From: Macrostomum lignano
Lineage: Eukaryota
Direction of reading: 5' to 3'
Length of the DNA stretch: 64,000 nt
Assembly (NCBI GenBank): GCA_002269645.1
Contig: NIVC01002094.1
Coordinates: 124,001 to 188,000 of the forward strand
Part shown: piece by piece, positions 35,012-46,075 of the stretch
How the letters are laid out: each line of letters begins with the position of its first letter
How positions within the stretch are numbered: position 1 is the stretch's first letter
Translations under genes and position numbers: made by a program
The notes under the pieces: generated by a model
What the model was told of the DNA's origin: nothing
Databases searched by the model: none
Seen by the model: the letters and a program-made list of their open reading frames with translations, nothing else

Positions 35012-38000
35012 TCAGATCACTAAATAGTTGAGCATCTTCTGCGGATCCAAAGCCTCGTAGATGTAAAGTGGATCTCGATGACCGTTGCGTGATTTAACTG
35101 TAGCGCTGGCCCTGGCCAATTCGTCTTTGAATCTGGAAAAAAAATCGGAGTAATATTGTTTTCATCTACTGTAAGTAGAAATATAAGTAAAAAGCAACTA
35201 TAAAAATTCCAGACAGAAAATTTTACTTTTAACATTGTTTTCATCTACTGTAAGTAGAAATATAAGTAAAAAGCAGCTATAAAAATTCCAGACAGAAAAT
35301 TTTACTTTTAACATTGTTTTCATCTACTGTAAGTAGAAATATAAGTAAAAAGAGGCGAAACTCTTACTCTTGCAGGATTTGCATCGAGGCCTGATCGTGG
35401 CTATATTGTAGCTCGTATTCGCCAAGCGGCTGTTCGCCTTTCTGTCGCTGGCAAAGACGGAACGATAGCACGGTGTCGATGAACTCGCGACGGCAGGGTA
35501 GCGATTGCAGACTGGCCTCAAGAGGCTGCTCTTCCTTTAGGTGGTAAAGCAGCATTGGAGTATTGAAGTATATGTTAGTTTAGTGGTAGTTCAGGAGTGA
35601 TTGTAAGGGTAGTTCAGGGGTGATTGTAAAGGTAGTTCAGGGTGATTGTAAGGGTAGTTCAGGGGTGATTGTAAGGGTAGTACAGGAGTGATCGTGGGGG
35701 TAGTTCAGGGGTGATTGTAAAGGTAGTTCAGGGGTGATTGTAAGGGTAGTTCAAGGGTGATTGTAAGGGTAGTTCAGGAGTGATCGTGGGGGTAGTTCAG
35801 GGGTGATTGTAAGGGTAGTTCAGGAGTGATCGTGGGGGTAGTTCAGGGGTGATTGTAAAGGTAGTTCAGGGTGATTGTAAGGGTAGTTCAGGGGTGATTG
35901 TAAGGGTAGTTCAGGAGTGATCGTGGGGGTAGTTCAGGGGTGATTGTAAAGGTAGTTCAGGGGTGATTGTAAGGGTAGTTCAGGGGTGATTGTAAGGGTA
36001 GTTCAGGGATGATTGTAAGTGTAGTTCAGGGGTGACTGTAAAGGTAGTTCAGGGTGATTGTAAGGGTAGTTCAGGAGTGATCGTGGGGGTAGTTCAGGGG
36101 TGATTGTAAGGGTAGTTCAGGAGTGATTGTAAGAATAGTTCAGGCGGATTTTGAGAGTAGTTCAGGAGTGATTGTAAGGGTAGTTCAGGAGTGATTGTAA
36201 GGGAAGTTCAGGGTTACAGCAATACAGCAAGGGTAGTTCAGGGGTGATTGTATGGGTAGTTCAGGAGTGATTGTAAGGGTAGTTCAGGGATGATTGTAAG
36301 GGTAGTTCAGGGGTGATTGTAAGGGTAGTTCAGGGATGATTGTAAGGGTAGTTCAGGGGTGATTGTAAGGGTAGTTCAGGGATGATTGTAAGGGTAGTTC
36401 AGGAGTGATTGTAAGGGAAGCTCAGGGTTACAGCAATACAGCAAGGGTAGTTCAGGGGTGATTGTATGGGTAGTTCAGGAGTGATTGTAAGGGTAGTTCA
36501 GGGGTGATTGTATGGGTAGTTCAGGAGTGATTGTAAGGGTAGTTCAGGGATGATTGTAAGGGTAGTTCAGGGGTGATTGTAAGGGTAGTTCAGGGATGAT
36601 TGTAAGGGTAGTTCAGGGGTGATTGTAAGGGTAGTTCAGGGATGATTGTAAGGGTAGTTCAGGAGTGATTGTAAGGGAAGCTCAGGGTTACAGCAATACA
36701 GCAAGGGTAGTTCAGGGGTGATTGTATGGGTAGTTCAGGAGTGATTGTAAGGGTAGTTCAGGAGTGATTGTAAGGGTAGTTCAGGAGTGATTGTATGGGT
36801 AGTTCAGGCGGATTTTAAGAGTAGTTCAGGGGCTATTATCTAGGACATTAGGTAAGGACAATTACTATATTATAGAGTTACAAATTCAGTGATTAGATTA
36901 ATTGAAGATAGTTTCAACCCGACTGTGATAGCAGATGATGAATGTATTGGGGAATTTCTAAAAACTCTCTAAGCATACTATAGCACATGTACAAACGCAA
37001 ACCTGCGGATCCTGAGGCAGGCAGCCGTGCAGAGCCAGAGGATAGTTAGGCGGGAAGCCGTACTCATCGAACTGGGGCTGCCAGGCAGCAGAGCCGTGCA
37101 CACAGATCATGTACATCAGATTAGTGAGCAGCGGGATCAGCTCGTCAACGTGCTGAATGCCGGATTTGCCAGGCAAGCCTTTCAATCCGAGGCCGCCCTT
37201 CTCCAACGGGTTGGTCATCTCCGCCCACCAGCCCTGCAGCTCGATGTCCTCCATCAGCTTGCGCTTCATCGCCTCCATGGGATTGGCGTAGTACAGACGG
37301 GCCGCCTTGTCGCAGTGGCCAGCGATGGCCTTGTAGATCAGCATGGCGTCCTCACTGCGGGAAGGGGAGTTCCGTGATGAGACTGATGATCTTGGGGGGA
37401 GGGGGGGCTGCCAAGCAACTGAATATTTGGGAGGCTGGCTTAGCAACTGAGGATCTGGGAGGCTGGCCCAGCAACTGAATATTTGGGAGGCTGGCCCAGC
37501 AACTGAGGATCTGAGAGGCTGGCCCAGCAACTGAGGATCTGAGAGGCTGGCCCAGCAACTGGATATTTGGGAGGCTGGCCCAGCAACTGCGGATCTGGGA
37601 GGCTGGCAAAGCAACTGAATATTTGGGAGGCTGGCCAAGCAACTGCGGATCTGGGAGGCTGGCCCAGCAACTGAGGATCTGGGAGGCTGGCAAAGCAACT
37701 GAATATTTGGGAGGCTGGCCCAGCAACTGAATATTTGGGAGGCTGGCTCAGCAACTGAATATTTGGGAGGCTGGCCCAGCAACTGCGGATCTGGGAGACT
37801 GGCCCAGCAACTGAAGATCTGGGAGGCTGGCCCAGCAACTGAGGATCTGGGAGGCTGGCCCAGCAACTGAGGATCTGGGAGGCTGGCCCAGCAACTGAGG
37901 ATCTGGGAGACTGGCCCAGCAACTGAGGATCTGAGAGGCTGGCCCAGCAACTGAGGATCTGAGAGGCTGGCCCAGCAACTGGATATTTGGGAGGCTGGCC

Positions 38001-41000
38001 CAGCAACTGCGGATCTGGTAGGCTGGTCCAGCAACTGAATATTTGGGAGGCTGGCCCAGCAACTGAGGATCTGGGAGGCGGGAACAACTATCAGTTACGA
38101 TATTACAGGTTTGTCAACAAAAGTTATATGTTATAGCTAAAAAGTGAGCCTTGCACTCACCGATAAGGGTAACCGGGCAGCACATTTGAGTCGTACACGC
38201 CGCGGTTCTCCAGCTCTCTGTAGATGTTAATCTGCTGATCAAATCGCCAGGCTTTAAAAGCCTTCTTCAACAGCTGCCGGATGCCCTTCCTAGACAGCTG
38301 AATGTTCTGAGCAATCCAGCCGCTATCGCTGAAGAACCACTCCTTCAGCTTGGCATTGACAGCCAGCAGGTGACGGAAGTGCGGAGCTAGCATCTGGTAG
38401 AGCGGATGCGACTGCGACAGATTCTTGCGCATAGTAACGTAGATACCCTCAAGGATGAGGTGATGCAGCAGGCGGTTAGCAACCAGGTGATAGCAGGCAT
38501 CCGTGAGGTTAAACCATAGCTTAGCCTGCAGCCAGGCGTGAGGACTATCGCTAGGCATGATCGGCGCGCCCTCCTCCATGCGCTGGTTGAGCTGAATTGC
38601 CAGAGGAACCAGTTGCAATCGTTCGGTCCAGAAGAACAGAGCAATTGGAGAGCAGAACTGCCTGCCATTCTTGCACTCGACTCCCTCCATGATGCTGTAG
38701 TCAACTATAAACAGGCGCCTGGCGTCCAGGATGTGCTGCAGAGTCCAGCCTTCCAAATAGGGCTTCAACCATTCAACGGCTACGCCGAAATTCTCCGGGA
38801 TAGATTTGCAGACTTTGATTACGAACGGATTGCAGCCTTTGAGGCGTTGGGCACCGAACACGAGGTCGTGCTCAGGGCCGCTAGGATTGGCTGGCCAGCG
38901 CTGCACATACAGCGGCTCCGTTATGCTGTGCGCACGGTAGTAAGTGGTCAGATCGTCAAAGCTGGTGAAGTGATCCACGCTGGCATAGTCCACGTCCAGG
39001 CCTTTGTTGTAGATGATCTCGTCCTTGGTCTTCTCGATGTTCCAGCGGGTGTCCTAGGAGAGATTTTGGGCGATTCTGTCAGGGTAAGATTCTGGGCGAT
39101 TCTCTCAGGGTGAGATCCAGGGCGATTCTCTCACGGTGAGATCCAGGGCGATTCTCTCACGGTGAGATCCAGGGCGATTCTCTCACGGTGAGATCCAGGG
39201 CGATTCTCTCACGGTGAGATCCAGGGCGATTCTCTCACGGTGAGATCCAGGGCGATTCTCTCACGGTGAGATCCAGGGCGATTCTCTCAGGGTGAGATTA
39301 TGGGCGATTCTTTCAGGGTGAGATTATGGGCGATTCTCTCAGGGTGAGATCCAGGGCGATTCTCTTACGGTGAGATCCAGGGCGATTCTCTCAGGGTGAG
39401 ACCCAGGGCGATTATGGGCGATTATCTCAGGGTGAGATTATGGCAATTCTCTCAGGGTGAGATTAGTATGGGCGATTCTCTCAGGGTGAGATTAGTATGG
39501 GCGATTCTCTCAGGGTGAGACAATGAGCGATTCACCTAAAATGAGATTAATGCGATATCTCAAGGTGAGATCATAGGCGATTTTTAAAGACATTCTATTC
39601 TCTGGGGTAGAAAATGAGCAGTTTCTCAGGAAAGTATAATTGCAATACGGGAATCTTACAAACTGAGAATATAAATAGGCATTTACACTAAATTAAACTG
39701 TTACCAACCTGGGAGAAAATTTCTTCGGCTGGCAAAGCCTGCAATTCCAGCGGCAGTCCGTTGGCACGCTGATAGAACAGGAGATTGTTTCTGCGCTCGG
39801 ATATCTCAGCGATGCGCTCGTCCGGCATGGGGTCGGCGGAAGGCAGCGACACCTGTGGAGTGGTGCAGTGCATGCGTGCGTTTGAAATAATCAAGGGAGC
39901 TTTGAGCTTGAAGGGCGATTCTGAAGGGAGCTTTGAAGGGCGATTCTGAATGGAGATTCTGAAGGGAGCTCTGAAGGGCAATTCTGAAGGGAGCTCTGAA
40001 GGGCGATTCTGAAAGGAGCTTTGAAAGGCGATTCTGAAGGGAGCTTTGAAAGGCAATTCTGAAGGACGATTCTGAAGGACGATTCTGAAGGGAGCTCTGA
40101 AGGGCGATTCTGAAAGGAGCTTTGAAGGGCAATTCTGAAGGGAGCTCTGAAGGGCGATTCTGAAAGGAGCTTTGAAGGGCAATTCTGAAGGGAGCTCTGA
40201 AGGGCGATTCTGAAAGGAGCTTTGAAGGGCAATTCTGAAGGGAGCTCTGAAGGGCGATTCTGAAGGGAGCTCTGAAGGGCGATTCTGAAAGGAGCTTTGA
40301 AAGGCAATTCTGAAGGGAGCTCTGAAGGGCGATTCTGAAAGGAGCTTTGAAAGGCAATTCTGAAGGACGATTCTGAAAGGAGCTCTGAAGGGCGATTCTG
40401 AAGGGAGCTTTGAGAGGCAATTCTGAAGGACGATTCTGAAGGGAGCTCTGAAGGGCGATTCTGAAAGGAGCTTTGAAGGGCAATTCTGAAGGGAGCTCTG
40501 AAGGGCGATTCTGAAGGACGATTCTGAAGGGAGCTCTGAATGGTAATTCTAAAGCCGATAAAACGACATGAAACCTGACAGTTGGAAATGCTTGCCGACT
40601 TACCTGACAGTCAAATGAATAGTAGTGCCTATCGGGATGAATCCATCTGTGCACAGGAAAGTACGAATAGAGCCACTTTCCGCCCAGGCCTTTGCGCCTG
40701 TCCCTAATGATAACTTTCTCGCAGAACCAATCGTAATTCACATATTCTACTCCAGGTTCCACTGAACGCCAGAATTCAATTTTTTGCACCTTGCCGAAAC
40801 CCTTCTTGCACCAGCTGGCCAGCGGTATGGTGAATTTGTCCCTAATGCTGCCGTCCTCCTCTTGGAAGAAAGCGTTGCTCAGAGTGAAAGCTGGGGAGGC
40901 GTTACCATCTCGATCATACAGGTGCAGCGTGATGGTGGGGCCCTGTTCGGCCACTTTGTAGTCGCCAGTCACTGAGCAGATTTCGAAAGCAATTTTCGAC

Positions 41001-41014
41001 GATTTGGCACCCAT
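35012..41014 (-). CDS. Lipoxygenase-fold protein (PLAT + LOX domain), 695 aa, iron ligands degenerate; exons 41014-40604, 39852-39709, 39053-38161, 37354-37003, 35534-35368, 35132-35012
   Basis: N-terminal PLAT-like domain (WFCEKVIIRD..YFPVHRW), then LVPLAIQL, AWLQAKLWF, HPLYQMLAPHFR, GYPYREDA, ELQGWWAEM, QPQFDEYGFPPNYP and a C-terminus LDPQKMLNYLVI. All five introns are GT-AG with consistent phases. Confidence 0.88.
35155..35350. repeat. 79-bp tandem duplication (about 2.4 copies) in LOX intron 5
   Basis: TTCATCTACTGTAAGTAG recurs at 35161, 35240 and 35319. Confidence 0.9.
35590..36830. repeat. 23-bp minisatellite in LOX intron 4 (GGGTAGTTCAGGGGTGATTGTAA)n
   Basis: Read directly. Confidence 0.93.
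37410..38080. repeat. 28-bp minisatellite in LOX intron 3, same family as 21-1521
   Basis: Unit GAGGATCTGGGAGGCTGGCCCAGCAACT with GAATATTT variants. Confidence 0.93.
39060..39560. repeat. 26-bp minisatellite in LOX intron 2 (AGGGCGATTCTCTCACGGTGAGATCC)n
   Basis: Read directly. Confidence 0.92.
39895..40550. repeat. About 25-bp minisatellite in LOX intron 1 (GAAGGGCGATTCTGAAGGGAGCTCT)n
   Basis: Read directly. Confidence 0.92.
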
Positions 41015-43047
41015 GTTCTGATCTTAAAAAAGCATCAATATTTGTGTTTTGTTATCTAGCATCATGCATATATTAAAATGCTGTTTTCTTTGAAGTCAAG
41101 ATTAAGCATTAGATTTTCTAGAACTCTTTGAAAACATTAGCAACTATTACTGGTCTCATTGTCTCATGTAATAAAAATTAAAAATAAAAAGTATGTTTAC
41201 GTTTATATGGTTACAGATGTTGCTATAAATATATAGGGCACATTAAAAACTGATAACTTATTTTGACAAAACTTGATAACAAATTTTAGATCTTTAACTC
41301 TGTTTTTAAGACAAGTCACAAATGTAAGTAGCATATTCAATAACAATTAAGTTGCATGGATTATGTAATTGCAAAAGTATGTCATGCAGATCAGAATCCC
41401 ATCTAGTTGCCACTTGCAATTATGCTTAATATTTTAAATTACAAAACACATAATTTTTTTGATTATTCTAAATATGACATAAGTTTCTTGTCATTTATTA
41501 ATTAATAAGTGATAATAAAAGATAGTAAATTAAATTGTTTTATTTAAAATGCAACTTAAAATTATCACTTATGAGTAAATAGACTTTGCATAATTTTCAA
41601 GGTAGAAATATGGCATGCTTTAAAACTAATTAAAAGTGATGTAATCACAAGTGTAAGACTAAGAGCACAGGATAGACAGCTATGCATTTATGCCCAGAGC
41701 TAACTAAGATGTGTATGTTATATAAGGCTGGCATAGTGAAATTAAACATCTTAGTTGACAACAAAATACCAAGCCATTTTTTCTTCAATCAAACTACCAA
41801 GTAGAAATCTCTTGACAATTTTTTTCTACATAGGAATAAAGCAAAACATGCATATAAAACTATTATATAAATATATTTGATACTACAACTTAGTGATATA
41901 GAGCACCTCCTGGTTTATGTACTTGTATTTCTATGGTTTGCAAAATATCAGTTCTTTCTTAGAAATTTGCAAATTTTTAATTCTGCTAATTTATTTGTTT
42001 AGCCATTGTGTTTTCTAAAAATATTCTATATGTAAAATTTGTTTAAAAATTTTCTGAATTTAATATAAACAAAACATCTAAAAGGCAAAAGAAAGCAACC
42101 ATTTACAAACTCAATTTATTTTTATGTTCAATATTTTAGTTCTTCCATTTTGAAAAGTATTTAGTCTAAATCACTTTGATAGTTTCCAACCAGGCTTATT
42201 CATTTCTCTAAGGACTAGAAACCTCAAATTAGGATTATTGAAATCCACTGAAAGTGGGAATCATCTTAATGCAGTAACTTACCTTAGAGCAATAAAAATG
42301 CTCAGAAGATGTGGCCCTCTGATCCTACGAATGCCTAGGACTAGGGATATTAATTCCCCAGAAAATTTGCACCCCAGGGACCTAGGGATTTGGTCCCTAG
42401 TAAAGAATAGATATAGATATAAAAATATAGTTACCTAAAGTTCAAAAGCAAAATAAAGCTGAAATAAGCTAATAAAGCATTATTTCAACATTAAGCAATA
42501 GACTAATGTGAATTTTGTTTAAAAACTTTTCAAAACAAATAATTTTACTTTCGTTATTTTTTAGGTCCCCAAATGACCTTGGCCTAAACCCTAAAGGTCA
42601 AAATCAAAAACTTTTTCAGTTTCCCCAGGGAAAATGGTAATGGTACCAACTAAACTATAAAAATGGATACAGATATAGAAAGGATTTGCATACTAATATG
42701 CAGATATGGATTACTATTTTGCAGAATCAATGTGGATATAAATATATTAATGCAAAAAACTGCAGTTCTGGATGAAATACATATTTTGTTAATTGAGTTT
42801 TTACTAATAAAATTTATCAATATTATGATAAGATCTATTAAATTTATACCCAAGTTCATTTAAAATTGTAAAGATACCAATTTTTTTTACATGTTGTCTA
42901 ATGAAATAAAGGCTAAATTTTCTCATGGCACTACTTAATTAATTTAGTATCATGCAAATACAATCAGATTCAATCAGATAGTATCAGAGACTACTTCTTG
43001 GCAGTCTCTGATTGGTAGATAGCAAATTGTGATAACAAGGGGATAAT

Positions 43048-45577
43048 CAGGGACTAGTCAAACATCGGGACGGGAAACTAGGCAAATCATGGCGAAGTTT
43101 TTACGAGGCTGGTTTGTTAGCAGCTGACGAGGCTGGCTGGCTTATTTGTATAGAGCGATACTTTGTTGTCTATGGTTATTTTCTATTATTTGAAGCTTGT
43201 GATACCGTTATTTCCACTGCAGTCTAGCAGGGGATGCTTGCATTATATTATAGCAGCTAAGTTTCTGGCAGACGCGCAGGACAAGCTCAATTTTTCTGCT
43301 TGTGTTGTTGGCATCAATGCGAAGAAAGTGCAGCGTTGTTGGCTGCAAGTCAAATTACGAGTCCGAACAATTGGCTACGAAAGTCCATCTGTTTCCGAAG
43401 GACTCGGTTGAGCGAGAGCGATGTAAAAAGGCCCTGCCGAACATCCTAGAGGTAGGCGCTATTTACTATTAAGGTAAATTGTGCCAATATATATGCAAAT
43501 TTTTTCTTTATTGGCAAGTGTTTTTTCTTTTATTCCGCCTTTCAGTCCATAACAGATCACATGGGAATCTGCGCCAAACACTGGCCACCGGACACAACAA
43601 TGGTGAAAAAGCGACGATTTGAGTCACCAAAGGATCCGCCTTCTATTTTCAATGGTGTTCCTCCGTCTTGCCTGGTCCAGAACCAAGGTATGACTATACT
43701 TTGAATACCTATTTGTACTTTAGACTTTAGCATTTGGTTCATATAATCTAAAATTTCTCAAGGTTCCCACCATAAATGTTTTTACATTTTAGAATGCAAT
43801 AGGTATGTGAAGACAAGAGGTGTTCTCTCTGACGCACGAGGTGGCTTAGCAGATGAATTAGAGGAGTTTCAGCTGAGCGACACTATATCTTTGTGGAATG
43901 GTTTCTGTGACTCCGTACAGGACTCTGAAATAGTCAAACGCCACTCCTTTGTGGTTACATTTCTTCAGCAGGATTTATATATGTTTTCATTGGACTCCAA
44001 AGGCGACATGCTTGTTCGATTATTTATTTCGCCAAATTTTGCTGTTTGCGCCTACATAATGCACACGCCAGTTAATGTTCGCGACCTACTTGGATTTCAA
44101 CCCACGCTGAAGTTTTGGTCGCAACTGGATGCAATTATCGTACGATGCAACAACTCTGAGTTTTCAGTTGAGAACGAGATTTCGTATTTCATGAAAAGCA
44201 ACATATTAGCCATTGACAGCGCAGCGCTAGAGATTTCGAATCCAACTATTAAATTCTTGCTTGAAGAGTTAAAGCTAACACTGGACTCACCAACTGCTCG
44301 CAGATATAGCACTACTATCATCCGGAAGTCGGCCTTACTTTACCTGATCAGTAGCTCCGCCTATTCATATATTAGAACACTCATTCCGTTGCCTCATCAG
44401 CGCACGCTACGACATCAACTCGCAGGAATGGGAGAGGTGGGCACGGAGGATGATGCACTCAAAATTACGCGATCGGTTTTTTCAAAGATTTCTGGTCCTC
44501 AGTGAAATTGCATTCTGATGTTTGATGAAATGTACGTACAACCTTCCATTCAATATCGGTGCAAACATCTGATGGGACGTGCTAGCGACGATCCCAGTCA
44601 GGCTGCACGAACAGTCCTAGCCATCATGGTAAAGCCTCTTTTTGGTGGAAAGCCGTTTGTGATGCGATTAGTGCCCATTTTTCTTCTGGCTGCAGACTTT
44701 CTTCGACATCAGCTAAGTCACTGCATAGGCATCATCAACAGTCAAGGCAGTCGCGTAATTGCACTGGTTTGTGATAACCATCCTGTGAATCGAAAGTGTT
44801 TTTCTCTTTTTCGTGACAACCTTCATATCAAGCCCTGGATTGGCAGAGATCCCTCACAGGAGTCTGTTTTCTATATGATAAACGACTCAGTGCATCTGTT
44901 GAAATGCCTTAGAAACAATTGGCAAATGGAAAAAAACTGGAATACTCACACTCCATGTACCAAGCAGTGGCCAGACTATATTGGCAAAGTGGAACGATTT
45001 GATCAGAGTATACAAAAGCGAAGAAAATCATGTTGTAAAGCGATCTGGTCTAACCTTCGAAGCTTGCTACCTATCCAGCATTAAAAAACTAAAGTAAGTC
45101 TAGCTTAGTAAACTAGTAAGTAAGGACCAGACAAGTTCACATCTACTGAAAATTCCCGACTATTCAATGCTTAAATTTGTTAAATATTTTTTTGCATTTG
45201 TTCATTTTCTCGTCTATGTATATATATGTTCAAACTTCACATATTTTAATGCTCACATCCACTGTGTGAGTTAACTTTTTATTGTTCGTCTGTTCTATGT
45301 TCACTATTCACCCCTTACAAATAGCCCTCAATGTTACCTTATATGTTTTATGAACTATTTTTCCAGTGCACTTTCAAGTAAATATACACAGTTCATAAAA
45401 GCACCTGAATATTAAAATTCACAGATATACTCATAATAAAATATAAAATTTATTGAAGATTTATTGAAATATTGAAATAGCTACTGCTGCATTGGCACGG
45501 CCATAGATTTAACCAGCCTTGTAAAAACTTCGCCATGATTTGCCTAGTTTCCCGTCCCGATGTTTGAGTAGTCCCTG
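43048..45577 (+). mobile_element. P-element/THAP9-superfamily DNA transposon, internally deleted and defective
   Basis: 67-bp TIRs (43048-43114 and 45511-45577, starting CAGGGACTA, 2 mismatches) and a perfect 8-bp TSD GGGATAAT on both sides. It encodes a spliced THAP domain and P-type transposase motifs (CILMFDEM, DSVHLLKCLRNNW). Confidence 0.92.
43317..45100 (+). pseudogene. THAP-domain P-type transposase remnant; exons 43317-43451, 43546-43687, 43793 onward; TGA at 44503-44505, later frameshift and truncation
   Basis: MRRKCSVVGCKSNY..HLFPKD / GICAKHW..PPSIF is a C2CH THAP domain. GT-AG introns are in phase 0 and 1. The in-frame stop precedes the first catalytic Asp. Confidence 0.82.
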
Positions 45578-46075
45578 GGGATAATGAGCTACAACTTGGT
45601 AATGACAAGCAATGACTTATCATCATTAGCTTGTTGACACTGCTGATTTGTTTCTTTCTAACAAGAAACAATTTTCCATCATTATTCACAATAATTTTGA
45701 ATGAGAACAAATTTATCTAAAAATAAACAGAAACAAAAATATAACAAAATACTTAATCAATGTTTTGACAAAACTAAATCTGAAGATTTTCAACATTTGC
45801 AATTTATATCCACATTGATTCTACAAAATAGAAATCCACCTCCATATCAGCATGCATTTTCATAGTTTAGTTGGTACCTAGGGAGGATTTTTCAGGGTTA
45901 ATATCCCTATCTAAGACTGAGAATATTCCCTAGAAGAGTAAATTAGAAATATAGGAATTAGGATAGAAGATAATGCCATAAGACCATTCAGGCTGGTAGA
46001 TAAATACATATTATTATACCTTTTTACTTTCAATTCTGAAATATCTACACTCAATATTGACATTTTTACATTCAA

